Origin: Nanobdellota archaeon
GTDB lineage: Archaea; Nanobdellota; Nanobdellia; Woesearchaeales; JAHWHD01
Reading direction: 5' to 3'
DNA length: 43,502 bases
Assembly (NCBI GenBank): GCA_034722435.1
Contig: JAYENX010000008.1
Coordinates: 1 to 43,502 of the forward strand
Below the pieces are notes generated by a model, which was not told the DNA's origin, made no database searches, and worked only from the letters and a program-made list of their open reading frames with translations. Positions 9,494 to 19,940 of this stretch are shown piece after piece. The position numbers and the translations under genes were made by a program. Each line of letters opens with the position of its first letter. Within the stretch, counting starts at the first letter, position 1.

Positions 9494-9769
9494 ATGTCAA
9501 TAGTAAGAGAAGCAAAAGGCTTATTGAGAGCTGCAAAAATTCTAGAGAAATATACAGATAGATTAAAAGAAGCTGCAGATTCTCTACAAAAACACCACAA
9601 ACATTACAAATTATCTCGAACAGATATTGAAAAACAATACCATCTAAAAAAACATTTAATCACATTCGCTTCAGCTAGAAAAATAAAACAACATTACAAA
9701 GAATCTTTCAAAGATATTAGTCTTAGACTAAATCATATTGAACGTGAACTGAAAAGATTAAATAAATAA
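9494..9769 (+). CDS. Hypothetical basic helical protein
   Basis: Start moved to ATG 9494, behind the GAGGTG SD at 9482-9487; no recognisable motif. Confidence 0.6.
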   Translation: MSIVREAKGLLRAAKILEKYTDRLKEAADSLQKHHKHYKLSRTDIEKQYHLKKHLITFASARKIKQHYKESFKDISLRLNHIERELKRLNK

Positions 9770-9847
9770 AACTCTGTTCAATAAACTAACTATACACTTG
9801 TAAATCTTAGAAATATATATAAACAATGACCCCTAATCTTTTCTAAA

Positions 9848-11254
9848 ATGACACTTAAATTATTCAATACATTATCAAAAAAAATTGAAGAATTTCAACC
9901 AATCAAAAAAGGAGAAGTAAGCTTCTATGCATGCGGACCTACAGTATATTGGTATCAACACATAGGTAATCTTAGAACTTACATTTCAGAAGACATTCTT
10001 AAAAGAACATTTTTGTATAACGGACTAAAAGTAAAACACATAATCAACGTAACTGACGTAGGCCATCTAACATCCGATGCTGATGAAGGAGAAGATAAAC
10101 TAGTAAAAGCTCTCAAACGAGAAGGTCTACCAATGACAAAAGAAGCAATGTTACAGCTTGCCGATAAATATTTCAAAGAATTTGTTGAAGATTTCAGTCG
10201 ACTTAACATTCTTGAACCAGATGTCTGGTGTAAAGCGACTGAGCATGTCAAAGAAATGATTGAACTCATTAAAAAAATAGAAACAAACGGATACACTTAC
10301 AAAACAAGCGTTGGCTTAATTTTTGATACCGAAAAGTTCAAAGATTATGCTAATTTAGCACGTCTTAACCTTGATGAACTTGAACAAGGCGCAAGAACAA
10401 AGATCGACGCTGAAAGAAAAAATTCAAGCGATTTCGCTTTATGGGTCACTAACCAACCAAATCACATCATGTTATGGGATTCACCCTGGGGCCAAGGTTT
10501 TCCAGGATGGCACATAGAATGTTCTGCCATGTCAATCAAATACTTAGGAGAACAATTTGACATCCACTGCGGTGGAAAAGAACATGTTCCAGTACACCAC
10601 ACTAACGAAATTGCACAATCCGAGTCCGCAACTGGAAAAAAACCATGGGTCAAATACTGGTTCCACACTGAATGGCTCGGAATGAAAGATGTAAAAATGT
10701 CAAAATCAAAAGGAGACATAATCATCATCTCAGGACTTATAGAAAAAGGATACGACCCTCTTGATTATAGATACTTTTGTCTACAAGCACATTACAAAAC
10801 TCCACTAACATTCAGCTTTGAAGCTCTTGATGCTGCAAAAACAGCATACAAAAGATTAAAAAATAAAATCATTGAGATAAAAAATAATTTAGAAAGTAAA
10901 AACAAAGAAAAACTCAAAGAATACCAAGATAAATTTTTCACACATATAAATAACGACCTTGACACACCTCAAGCTCTAGCATTACTATGGGACATGATAA
11001 AAGATAAAGACATAGGTAACAAAGAAAAATACGAACTCACACTTAAATTTGACAAAGTACTCGGATTAAAACTTGACAAAACAAAAGAAGAAAAAGTAGA
11101 AATACCTGAAGAAATACAAAAACTTATAGAAGAGAGACAAACTGCCAAAGATAATAAAGATTGGACTAAAAGTGATGAACTAAGAAACAAGATAAAAGAC
11201 GCAGGATTTATAATTAAAGATACAAAAGAAGGCCCAATATTAACAAAAAGGTAA
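9848..11254 (+). CDS. cysS: Cysteine-tRNA ligase
   Basis: YACGPTVY, HIGN, DFALW, PGWHIECSAM, HHTNEIAQ and KMSKS. Confidence 0.98.
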   Translation: MTLKLFNTLSKKIEEFQPIKKGEVSFYACGPTVYWYQHIGNLRTYISEDILKRTFLYNGLKVKHIINVTDVGHLTSDADEGEDKLVKALKREGLPMTKEAMLQLADKYFKEFVEDFSRLNILEPDVWCKATEHVKEMIELIKKIETNGYTYKTSVGLIFDTEKFKDYANLARLNLDELEQGARTKIDAERKNSSDFALWVTNQPNHIMLWDSPWGQGFPGWHIECSAMSIKYLGEQFDIHCGGKEHVPVHHTNEIAQSESATGKKPWVKYWFHTEWLGMKDVKMSKSKGDIIIISGLIEKGYDPLDYRYFCLQAHYKTPLTFSFEALDAAKTAYKRLKNKIIEIKNNLESKNKEKLKEYQDKFFTHINNDLDTPQALALLWDMIKDKDIGNKEKYELTLKFDKVLGLKLDKTKEEKVEIPEEIQKLIEERQTAKDNKDWTKSDELRNKIKDAGFIIKDTKEGPILTKR

Positions 11255-11258
11255 AAAT

Positions 11259-11531
11259 ATGTCCAAAGCACAAACAAAATTCGAACATCCAAGTGAAATA
11301 GTTCTAGAATCTATATTAAAAACACACAAAGAGAAACCAAAAAAATCAATTAACTTCTTAGATTTGGAAAAAAGGGAGCAAGAATTTGCAAATAAAGTAG
11401 CCGGCTATAGGAGAGGAGCACGCTACCTTCCTAAAGAAAGATGTAATAAAGGCCATGAAGGAATTACACAAAGAGTAAATGGCACATTATATTGCAGTCT
11501 CTGCGATAGAGTTTATGGTCACAGAAATTAA
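11259..11531 (+). CDS. Hypothetical protein with a C-terminal C-x3-H...CxxC zinc ribbon
   Basis: CNKGH...CSLCD; starts 4 nt after the cysS stop. Confidence 0.6.
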   Translation: MSKAQTKFEHPSEIVLESILKTHKEKPKKSINFLDLEKREQEFANKVAGYRRGARYLPKERCNKGHEGITQRVNGTLYCSLCDRVYGHRN

Positions 11532-11595
11532 ATAAAACCTCAATCAAATATTAAAGGTAATTAACTTTAAATATAAATTCAAGTTTCTAAAAAGT

Positions 11596-11919
11596 ATGAA
11601 TCATAATAATAATGATAATCAAAACAGTACAGAATTAGAAATAACAGTTAACTGTTTAGTTTGCGCAAGCCCGATTAATCAAAATGATACAACATATTGC
11701 CAAAGATGCGATACTCCACACCATCAAGATTGTTGGGAATATAACAAAGGCTGTGCAGTATATGGATGTAAACAACCAGAATTAGAAACGCAAATAATAA
11801 ATTCAAAAAAGACTAATTTACCAATAAAAATCAATGAACCTTTATCTTTAAAAGAGAAATTAATATATGGTGCATCAGTAATTAGTACAATGTCTTACAT
11901 ACTCTATCTAATCAGCTAA
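11596..11919 (+). CDS. Prokaryotic RING-finger (Prok-RING_1-like) protein with a C-terminal membrane anchor
   Basis: CLVC-x11-CQRC-x3-HH-x2-CW-x5-C-x4-C pattern followed by a hydrophobic tail (LIYGASVISTMSYILYLIS). Confidence 0.75.
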   Translation: MNHNNNDNQNSTELEITVNCLVCASPINQNDTTYCQRCDTPHHQDCWEYNKGCAVYGCKQPELETQIINSKKTNLPIKINEPLSLKEKLIYGASVISTMSYILYLIS

Positions 11920-12618
11920 CCGAAAATAAATCCTTCTATTCCCTTTTCCTTTATTATCTATCTTAACCAATTCAATCTTACCAATTTCTTTAATATTTTT
12001 AAGATGTGTACCACCACAAGCTTGTTGATCAAACCCTTCAATATTAACTATCCGCAATTCATTCACCCCTTTAGGAAGAAGATCTTTATTAGTTCTTATA
12101 AAATCAGAAATGTTCACAGCTTCATCACGAGAAAGAAATTGTATTTTAACCTCTCCACTAGCTTCAATAACCGAATTAGCCTTATCAATCCATCCTCGAA
12201 CTTTCTCTTTATCAAATTCCTGTAATGTAAAATCTATCCTACTACGCTCAAGACCTAATTGATTACCGCTTGTTAAAGCCCCCGTCTCATTATAAATTAC
12301 CTTTGAAAGAACATGCGCCGCAGTATGACATCTCATCAATGTATAGCGACGATCCCAATCAATCTTACAATGAACAGAATCACCCTCTTTCAAACCTTCA
12401 TGATCAACTTCATGCGAAATTTCTCCTGAAAATTTCCCAACAAAAACAATTTTAAATTCTTCTCCATCTTTAATCATGATACCAGTATCATTAGGTTGTC
12501 CCCCCATATTAGGATAAAAAGCAGTATTATCGAGAACTATAAACTTACCATCTTTAACAGAAACAACTTTAGCATCAAACTCTTGAAGATAACAATCCTC
12601 GAAATATAACGGTTTCAT
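11908..12618 (-). CDS. alaX: Alanyl-tRNA editing protein AlaX (AlaX-M)
   Basis: LYFED, TAFYPNMGGQPND, HTAAH (HxxxH) and CGGTH zinc motifs. Confidence 0.95.
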   Translation of the reverse strand: MKPLYFEDCYLQEFDAKVVSVKDGKFIVLDNTAFYPNMGGQPNDTGIMIKDGEEFKIVFVGKFSGEISHEVDHEGLKEGDSVHCKIDWDRRYTLMRCHTAAHVLSKVIYNETGALTSGNQLGLERSRIDFTLQEFDKEKVRGWIDKANSVIEASGEVKIQFLSRDEAVNISDFIRTNKDLLPKGVNELRIVNIEGFDQQACGGTHLKNIKEIGKIELVKIDNKGKGNRRIYFRLAD

Positions 12619-12629
12619 ATTTACACCTC

Positions 12630-15023
12630 TTATAATTCCACACTTATTTCATCAGAATATTCTATATTTTTAATATTATGAGTAGCTAAGATATCTTTTT
12701 CAACCATCTTAAATGTATCAGGAATTACAACTTTTGAAATTTCTTCTTTCAAAGATTTTCCCGCATCCTTCTTAACTTTCCAAATCATACTATTAATATT
12801 CACAACATCTTCAATTGTAAACCTAACATCTACCTCGTGCGCAACCTCTGGAAATTTTTCAAAATGAATATCTTTTCCCACAAGATCATTATAAAGTTTA
12901 AAAGTAATGATAGGAATTACTGGAGCTAACAACTTAAGAAGAGTCTCAAGAACATAATGTAAAGTATACAAAGCAGAATCCTGCTCATCTTTACTAAACT
13001 TCTCTTCACCGTTATAAGCTCTCCTTTTTACCAATTCAAGATAATGCGAAGCAAATGTTTCCCACAAGAAATGTTTAATCTTAATTACAGGATTATGAAA
13101 ATCATAAATCATAAAACCTTCATTAGTCATCTCAATCAAAGAATTAACCTCTTGGATTATCCACATGTCTAACTCTTGCAATAGTTCAGGTTTTTCCTCT
13201 GGCTTTGGAAACATTGAAATAAACCTCGCAACATTCCATAGTTTTGTAAGTGTCTTAGTAGCACCCGCTATTCTTTCATTAGAACATTTAAAATCCGTTT
13301 TTGTCAAATTACCTTCAACAGCACACCATAACCGTATAGGTTCAGCACCAAACTCTTCAAGCAACTTTTGAGGATCAATAACATTACCTTTAGATTTACT
13401 CATCTTATAACCTTTTTCGTCAGTTATATGTTGATGTATCCACACATCCTTAAATATAATTTTATCTGTTAAAAGATAATCTTTAAGAACAGTATAATAC
13501 AACCAAGTTCTTACAATCTCTTTCCCCTGAGGACGTAAACTGCAAGGTGATGCTTTATTAAAAAACTCTTCATCCCTTGACCATTTCAAAATATACAAAG
13601 GAGTAATTGAAGAATCAAACCAAGTATCAAAAACTCTTTCATCCCCCCTAAGGTCAACATTACCACATTTAGGACATTTACCAATAGGACAAGGATCTTT
13701 CCACGGCTTATAGTATTTACCTTTGGGCGGAAGAATAATCTCACCACATTTATCACAATACCATAACGGAACTTCTGTCGCATAAACCCTTCTTCTGGAA
13801 ATCGGCCAGTCAATACTTACAGTATTAATCCAATTAAGCATTATCTGCTCACTTTTGGGATCATAATAATTAATTTTAGAAGACATCTCAGTCATTTTAT
13901 CCTTAAACTCAACCTGCTTCAAATATAACTCCGACATACCAATAAACTCGATAGGATCTTTACTTCTCTCACAAACAGGAGTTCTATGAAAAACATTTCT
14001 TTCATTCATAACCAACCCTTTTTCTCTTAATACTTCAACAACCTTTTCACGAGCATCTTTAACTTTAAGCCCTTTCAAAAAACCTGCAAGCTCATTCATA
14101 GTACCATCAATATTTATCAGAATCTTGGCATCAAGACCCTCTTCTCGAAAAAATCTTACATCAGAATAATCACCAAAACTACAAATCATCATTAAACCCG
14201 TACCTTTATCCTGCTCAGCAATAGGATGTGCCTTCATAGGAACCTCTAAATTATAAAGTGGAACAATTGCAGTCTTTCCTACTAAATGTTTATACCTATC
14301 ATCTTCTGGATGAAAACAAATCATTGCACAACTTGCCAAAAATTCAGGTCTCGTTGTAGCAATAGTTATTTCTTCACCAGTCTCTTTCACTTTCCAAAGA
14401 ACATCTACAAACTTGCTAGGCAAATCTAGATAATCAATCTCAGAATCGGCAATTGTAGTTTGGCACCCCGGACAATAATTATTAACTCGCTCATCTTCAT
14501 ATATCAACCCTTTCTTGTAAAGATCAATAAAAGTATCCTGCGTAAGGGATCTATAATCATCCGAATCAGTTTCATAAACTTCACCAATCCCTAAACCTTT
14601 TTTCCAGCTATTAAATCCTATACCTAACTTCATAAAACTGTCAACTGATTCAACACTAGACTCTTCCAACACCTTAAGACACATTTTAACAAACTCTTCT
14701 CTAGGAGTCTCATTAGCACTAACCTTAAACCTCTTCTCTGCCTGCATCTCAATTGGCAGACCATTTCTATCAAGACCTAAAGGAAAAAGAACATTATAAC
14801 CAATCATTCTTCTAAAACGAGCGATCATATCCTGAATACTATAAGTACTTGCATGACCCATATGAATAGGCGAATTTACATAAGGAGGGGGTGTATCAAT
14901 TGAATATATAGGTTTATCAGAATCCTTATCAAATTTATAAAGTTCTTTCTCACGCCAATCTCTAACAATAGGTTCTTCTAATTCCTTATCCCAACGTTTT
15001 CCAGTAATTTTCGCTTCTGCCAT
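12630..15023 (-). CDS. valS: Valine-tRNA ligase, archaeal type
   Basis: IDTPPPY, HMGH, GTGLMMICSFGD, DWPISR, DTWFDSS and KMSKSKGN; no bacterial C-terminal coiled coil. Confidence 0.96.
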   Translation of the reverse strand: MAEAKITGKRWDKELEEPIVRDWREKELYKFDKDSDKPIYSIDTPPPYVNSPIHMGHASTYSIQDMIARFRRMIGYNVLFPLGLDRNGLPIEMQAEKRFKVSANETPREEFVKMCLKVLEESSVESVDSFMKLGIGFNSWKKGLGIGEVYETDSDDYRSLTQDTFIDLYKKGLIYEDERVNNYCPGCQTTIADSEIDYLDLPSKFVDVLWKVKETGEEITIATTRPEFLASCAMICFHPEDDRYKHLVGKTAIVPLYNLEVPMKAHPIAEQDKGTGLMMICSFGDYSDVRFFREEGLDAKILINIDGTMNELAGFLKGLKVKDAREKVVEVLREKGLVMNERNVFHRTPVCERSKDPIEFIGMSELYLKQVEFKDKMTEMSSKINYYDPKSEQIMLNWINTVSIDWPISRRRVYATEVPLWYCDKCGEIILPPKGKYYKPWKDPCPIGKCPKCGNVDLRGDERVFDTWFDSSITPLYILKWSRDEEFFNKASPCSLRPQGKEIVRTWLYYTVLKDYLLTDKIIFKDVWIHQHITDEKGYKMSKSKGNVIDPQKLLEEFGAEPIRLWCAVEGNLTKTDFKCSNERIAGATKTLTKLWNVARFISMFPKPEEKPELLQELDMWIIQEVNSLIEMTNEGFMIYDFHNPVIKIKHFLWETFASHYLELVKRRAYNGEEKFSKDEQDSALYTLHYVLETLLKLLAPVIPIITFKLYNDLVGKDIHFEKFPEVAHEVDVRFTIEDVVNINSMIWKVKKDAGKSLKEEISKVVIPDTFKMVEKDILATHNIKNIEYSDEISVEL

Positions 15024-15124
15024 ACAAAAAAAGAATAAAGGTATTATTTAAATACATTATGGTTTATCTATTATTATTGTTATTATTATTAAATTATGAT
15101 TATAATTAATATTAAATGTTAAAT

Positions 15125-15616
15125 TTATTTATTCTTATTATTTCCCTTATGAACTTTATGTAAAAATTTAATCATTAACTTAATTTCATCAAGATCACGT
15201 TGCATATTTGCAACCTCTCTTTCAGACTTTCTATTCACAATATAATCAAGCTCAGCTCTATGCCTATCACGTTCAGTAGTACGATTTTGACTCATTAAAA
15301 TAATAGGAGCTTGTACTGCAGCTAAACAACTCAAAACTAAATTCAATAATATAAACGGATAAGGATCCCAATGCTTCACAATTACCACTAAATTTACAAA
15401 CATCCAAACACCTAAGAATGCAAAAAATATAATAATAAATGTCCAGCTACCCGCAAACAAAGCCAATTTATCAGACAATTTTTGACCAGTTGTAAGTCTC
15501 TGTCTAGGTAAAGAATTTTTTTTATTCTTTTTCTTTTTACTCTTAGATTTAACATTAAATTTATTGTTTACTTTAGACTTAGAACTAACTTTCTTAACAC
15601 TCTTTTTTTTAACCAT
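15125..15616 (-). CDS. DUF1003 family membrane protein
   Basis: GQKLSDKLALFAGSWTFI, DPYPFILLNLVLSCLAAVQAPIILMSQNR. Confidence 0.92.
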   Translation of the reverse strand: MVKKKSVKKVSSKSKVNNKFNVKSKSKKKKNKKNSLPRQRLTTGQKLSDKLALFAGSWTFIIIFFAFLGVWMFVNLVVIVKHWDPYPFILLNLVLSCLAAVQAPIILMSQNRTTERDRHRAELDYIVNRKSEREVANMQRDLDEIKLMIKFLHKVHKGNNKNK

Positions 15617-15696
15617 CTACTAGATATTTATATATACATCATTTAAAAAGGTTTGCAAAATTTAATAAATATAAGATATAAAGAACATTCTATAAA

Positions 15697-16899
15697 ATGA
15701 TTCCGTGGACAAGAAAACACTCTCCAAAAAATAGCTTAGAAGTTCAAGGCCAGAATAAAGCAGTTGAAAACATAAAATATTTTATTCAAAATTTCAAAGG
15801 ACAAAAAAAGAAAGCCATTCTTATTTATGGACCTACAGGTTGCGGTAAAACGTCTTCAGTACATGCAATCGCCAATGAATTAAACTTAGAACTTATTGAA
15901 GTCAATGCTTCAGATACAAGAAATTCAGAAGCAGTTGAAAGTATAATAGGTAACGCCTCTAAACAAATGTCTTTATTTATGAAACAAAAAGTTATTTTAA
16001 TTGATGAAATTGACGGTATCGCAGGTAGACAGGACAGAGGAGGATTATCATCAATAATAAAAATTATTAAAAAATCAGCATTTCCAATTATATTAACAGC
16101 AAATAACCCTTTTGAATCTAAATTCTCAGGATTAAGAAAAGAATGTGAAACTGTAGAGTTTAAAACTCTCGCTTATACATCAGTATATTGTTACCTTAAA
16201 AAGATATGTGAAAAAGAGAACATTGAAGCTGATCCAGAAGACATCAAAACACTTGCTAGACGTCTAGGAGGGGACCTTAGAGGTGCGATAACAGATCTTC
16301 AAACCCTTACAAACCAAACAAAAAAACTAGACAAAGAAAGCTTAGATGAACTATCGGGCAGACACCAAACAGAATCAATGATTAAAGCATTAATGAAAAT
16401 ATTCAAAACTACAAACGCAGATATCGCAATCACTGCTCTCGATAATGTTAATGAAGATCTTGACAAGACCAAACTTTGGATAGATGAAAACCTTCCAAAA
16501 GAATATACTAAACCTTTAGACCTTTACAGAGCATACGATAAACTAAGCAAATCAGACGTATTCAATGGTAGAATAAGAAGATGGCAACATTGGCGTTTCA
16601 TGGTTTACATGAACATACTCCTTACTGCAGGGATTGCAGTATCTAAAGATGAAAAATATCAACAATTCATCCCTTACAGACCCACTACAAGAATCCTTAA
16701 ACTATGGAGAGCAAATCTAAAAAATGCAAAAAAGAAAGCTATTGCCGAAAAACTTTCAGAAAAAATACACGGTTCAATAAAAAGAATTAACAAAGATATT
16801 CCTTATATGAAACTATTTTTCAAAAATCAAGAGACTGCAAAAAAAATGATAAAAGAATTTAAATTAAATAAAGATGAAATTTCATTCCTCAGTCAATGA
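15697..16899 (+). CDS. rfcL: Replication factor C large subunit
   Basis: PWTRKHSP, Walker A GPTGCGKT, IEVNASD, LIDEIDG, GDLRGAI and WIDEN. Confidence 0.93.
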   Translation: MIPWTRKHSPKNSLEVQGQNKAVENIKYFIQNFKGQKKKAILIYGPTGCGKTSSVHAIANELNLELIEVNASDTRNSEAVESIIGNASKQMSLFMKQKVILIDEIDGIAGRQDRGGLSSIIKIIKKSAFPIILTANNPFESKFSGLRKECETVEFKTLAYTSVYCYLKKICEKENIEADPEDIKTLARRLGGDLRGAITDLQTLTNQTKKLDKESLDELSGRHQTESMIKALMKIFKTTNADIAITALDNVNEDLDKTKLWIDENLPKEYTKPLDLYRAYDKLSKSDVFNGRIRRWQHWRFMVYMNILLTAGIAVSKDEKYQQFIPYRPTTRILKLWRANLKNAKKKAIAEKLSEKIHGSIKRINKDIPYMKLFFKNQETAKKMIKEFKLNKDEISFLSQ

Positions 16900-18288
16900 T
16901 TTCTGCCACTTCTCATAAACGCTAATTTTATCCAAAACTCCAGGATTCTCTTTAACATATTTTTCCCAAGGCCCTTTAAAAACTTTCTTAACTTCAACAG
17001 AATATTTATCAATTTCTGGAGCAAGTTCATTAAGCAAAGTCATAGCGGCTGGATGAGTAGATGTAGGTTTTACATCAGCCCAAAGTTTCCTCATTTTTTC
17101 AGGGTTATCTATAAGAGTACAAGGAGTGTAAAGATTTTTATTACAATACCTTTCTCTTCTTAAACCTCTAAAAAACTTAGAGTTAAAAATATCAACAAGT
17201 TTTTTATCATTCACATTATCAGTTGCAAAATGCGTAAAAATACACGGTTCAACCCATCCTTCAGCATTAATATGACAATATTCTAAACCTGCAATACATC
17301 CTCCAACAAAAGGCGCATCATTCCAAAAATCAACTACAAACAATGCCTTATTATTTCTAATATATTTCATTCGATCTCCCATAAACTTCCTCTGTTCAGG
17401 AGTAAGCATCAAATCTGTTGATGGACATTTACCAATTGGCATATACATAAAATGCCAACCAATATAAGCACCTTTATCAATCATAAAATCAACAAACTCA
17501 TCACTAAGTAAAGTTTTATAATTACTTCTTGTAACACAACAAGAATAACCAAAAGGAATCCTCCTTTTCTTAAACTCACCCATTAATTCCATTAATCGTT
17601 TATAGGTTCCAGGATGTCTTCGATCGTCAGTATCCTTTTCAAATCCTTCAATGCTAAATGTAATAAGTACATTACCAAGTTTTTCAATTTCATCCATGAC
17701 TGTATTTGATAAGAGCGAACCATTAGAATAAATCTGAAAATATGCATCATTATGCTTTTTCATCAAATAAAGAAGATCATCCTTTCTCATAAACGGTTCA
17801 CCACCTAAAAATATGAAAAGACCAACACCAAGTTGTTTACCTTCAGTTATTATTTCATCCCATTTTTTTAAAGGCATCTCTTTTGAAAAATCATAATCTG
17901 CAGCATAACATCCTTTACACTTAAAATTACACCTCATTGTAGGACTCATCAACATCACAAAAGGAATGTGATTACCATACGATTTATGTGCATCTCTAAC
18001 TTCAGTATTCAACAACATACCATTAATGATTAAATTATCAATCAATTTCTTTCTAAAATTCGGCCTAATCTCTTTAAGGATTCTCAATACAAACATAATT
18101 GCGCAATGTCTTTGCTTAAATTTCTCCCTTACAAACTCAATCTTGTGCTTATGCCGTTTTGGCGCCACAGCTTTTAATATTCCTGCAGCTCTAACTAAAC
18201 TGTTAGGCGTTCCACGCATCATCACTTGCTCAGTAAGTTTTGCCCCTATTTTCAATCCTAATTTTTTAAACAGATTTACCATTTTCAC
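16882..18288 (-). CDS. Radical SAM protein with a SPASM/Twitch-like C-terminus (paralog B)
   Basis: CNFKCKGC, FLGGEPF, YSNG, DFWND...GGCIAG...HIN.EG.VEPCIF, PCTLID. Confidence 0.92.
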   Translation of the reverse strand: MKMVNLFKKLGLKIGAKLTEQVMMRGTPNSLVRAAGILKAVAPKRHKHKIEFVREKFKQRHCAIMFVLRILKEIRPNFRKKLIDNLIINGMLLNTEVRDAHKSYGNHIPFVMLMSPTMRCNFKCKGCYAADYDFSKEMPLKKWDEIITEGKQLGVGLFIFLGGEPFMRKDDLLYLMKKHNDAYFQIYSNGSLLSNTVMDEIEKLGNVLITFSIEGFEKDTDDRRHPGTYKRLMELMGEFKKRRIPFGYSCCVTRSNYKTLLSDEFVDFMIDKGAYIGWHFMYMPIGKCPSTDLMLTPEQRKFMGDRMKYIRNNKALFVVDFWNDAPFVGGCIAGLEYCHINAEGWVEPCIFTHFATDNVNDKKLVDIFNSKFFRGLRRERYCNKNLYTPCTLIDNPEKMRKLWADVKPTSTHPAAMTLLNELAPEIDKYSVEVKKVFKGPWEKYVKENPGVLDKISVYEKWQKSLTEE

Positions 18289-18312
18289 ATTTTTAACGAA
18301 AAATTAAAAAAA

Positions 18313-19740
18313 TTAATTCTTCATATATTCCTCCTTCCATATAGGTTCAGTAAGCTTTTCAGTTTCTTTATCAAACTCTATCATAATTTCTTTATACTCT
18401 TCAGATTCCAAAGCTTCTTTTGCCTCTTTATTTTCGGGCTTTGCCTCAGGTGTCAAAATATTTTTCCTGAAATTCTCATAATGATCCCTGATTGAACAAG
18501 GCATAAGCCAATTATGCGGATTCTTCTTATTATCAAGACCATACTCTTTCTGCCAATTACGTCCTCTGGTCATAAGATTAGAGAACACAGCATCAGCAAG
18601 ACCTTTGCCTTCCGCATAAAGATCCTTAATATTGTCCTCATAATAAGGAACAAATACACAAGGCATAATTTTACCGTCCCAATCAACATACAAAAATCCA
18701 CCATGTCGACCATAAGCTACACAACCATCAGAAAGTACACCCGAATTCCAAAAATCAGCAACACAATACTGTTTCTCTTCAATCAACTGTTTCCATTTCT
18801 TATAAAGTTCAACTCTTTGCGTAGGGCTTACAACAAGATCAAAAGCTTCCTTTCCTCTACCGACAGGCATAAGTTGGAATTGCCACATGTAAGTTACACC
18901 CTCTTTTTCAAAAAGATTATCATAAAACTCTTCCCCCATCAAAGTATCGTAATTTTTCTTTGTAGGCGTAACAGAAACTCCAAAAGGAACACCTGCTTCT
19001 CTTAAATTTTTAAAAGCCTCAAGTATTCGTTTATACACTCCTGCACCCCTCCTTTCATCAGTTTCTTTTTCAGTACCCTCTACAGAAATTGCTAAAGTAA
19101 CATTTCCAAGTTCTGCCAATCTTTTAGCAGCTTCTGGAGTTATCAATGTTCCATTTGTATATACTAAAAAAAACATATCACTGTACTTTTCCCAAATATC
19201 AAACAAAGTTTTTCCATTTTCATTATACATAAACGGCTCCCCGCCACTTATAGTCATAAATCTGTTACCAAAAACATTAAAAGTTTCACCAACAATTTTA
19301 TCTACAGTTTCGAAAGGTAAACTAGTATTCGAACAAGCCTCTGAATCGGCATAACAACCTATACATTTAAGATTACATTTTTGAGTAGGAGAAAAAACTA
19401 AAAAACTAGGAGGTTTCTGACCATGCTTCTCTTCAAAAAGTTTAATGGTCTCTTTTGAAGCATCATCTCTAACTAATTGATTCCTTACAAGAACTCTGGT
19501 CATTTTTTTAACAACATCGGGAGTAATATATCCTTTCTCAAGATTTTTCACAGCACATTGAACCATTGAATTAAAGAACATAAACTTTTTTTCTTGAACA
19601 GATCTTAAATTAACATCAGACTTTTTCTCAACAATTGTATTCCTCATTCTCTTCTCTAACTGTTTTAAAATAGGTTTTCTGAGAAGTTTTGAAGTTACAG
19701 CTTTTGTTATTAAACTTGTAAATATATCTTCCTTTAACAT
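18313..19740 (-). CDS. Radical SAM protein with a SPASM/Twitch-like C-terminus (paralog A)
   Basis: CNLKCIGC, ISGGEPF, YTNGTLI, DFWNSG...GCVAYG...YVDWDG.IMPCVF, PCSIRDH. Confidence 0.92.
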   Translation of the reverse strand: MLKEDIFTSLITKAVTSKLLRKPILKQLEKRMRNTIVEKKSDVNLRSVQEKKFMFFNSMVQCAVKNLEKGYITPDVVKKMTRVLVRNQLVRDDASKETIKLFEEKHGQKPPSFLVFSPTQKCNLKCIGCYADSEACSNTSLPFETVDKIVGETFNVFGNRFMTISGGEPFMYNENGKTLFDIWEKYSDMFFLVYTNGTLITPEAAKRLAELGNVTLAISVEGTEKETDERRGAGVYKRILEAFKNLREAGVPFGVSVTPTKKNYDTLMGEEFYDNLFEKEGVTYMWQFQLMPVGRGKEAFDLVVSPTQRVELYKKWKQLIEEKQYCVADFWNSGVLSDGCVAYGRHGGFLYVDWDGKIMPCVFVPYYEDNIKDLYAEGKGLADAVFSNLMTRGRNWQKEYGLDNKKNPHNWLMPCSIRDHYENFRKNILTPEAKPENKEAKEALESEEYKEIMIEFDKETEKLTEPIWKEEYMKN

Positions 19741-19748
19741 TTTCTAAT

Positions 19749-19919
19749 TCACCTCTTACTTAAAGTATTACTTGCAACTTTTAAGTCACTCAGTAGATTT
19801 CTGACAGCATGCCTCACATAATCTGATACATTCAAATAACTATCATCTGTTTGGATTTGCATTCTTATTCTTTTGATAAGTCCCTTAGGAAGTTTTACTG
19901 TTTGATATTCATTAGTCAT
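19749..19919 (-). CDS. Ribbon-helix-helix (CopG/Arc/MetJ) DNA-binding protein, 56 aa
   Basis: Translated by hand: MTNEYQTVKLPKGLIKRIRMQIQTDDSYLNVSDYVRHAVRNLLSDLKVASNTLSKR. It has the alternating beta strand (YQTVKLP), helix A and the SY.NVSDYVR.AVR helix B signature. SD GGTGAGGTGG precedes it, and its stop carries the SD of the next gene. Confidence 0.85.
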   Translation of the reverse strand: MTNEYQTVKLPKGLIKRIRMQIQTDDSYLNVSDYVRHAVRNLLSDLKVASNTLSKR

Positions 19920-19940
19920 TATCTTACCACCTCACCCCTA

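Noticed and set aside
15024-15124. AT-rich TTA-rich tract as a regulatory repeat or origin
   Set aside because: It is low-complexity intergenic sequence with no ORB-like boxes or consistent period.
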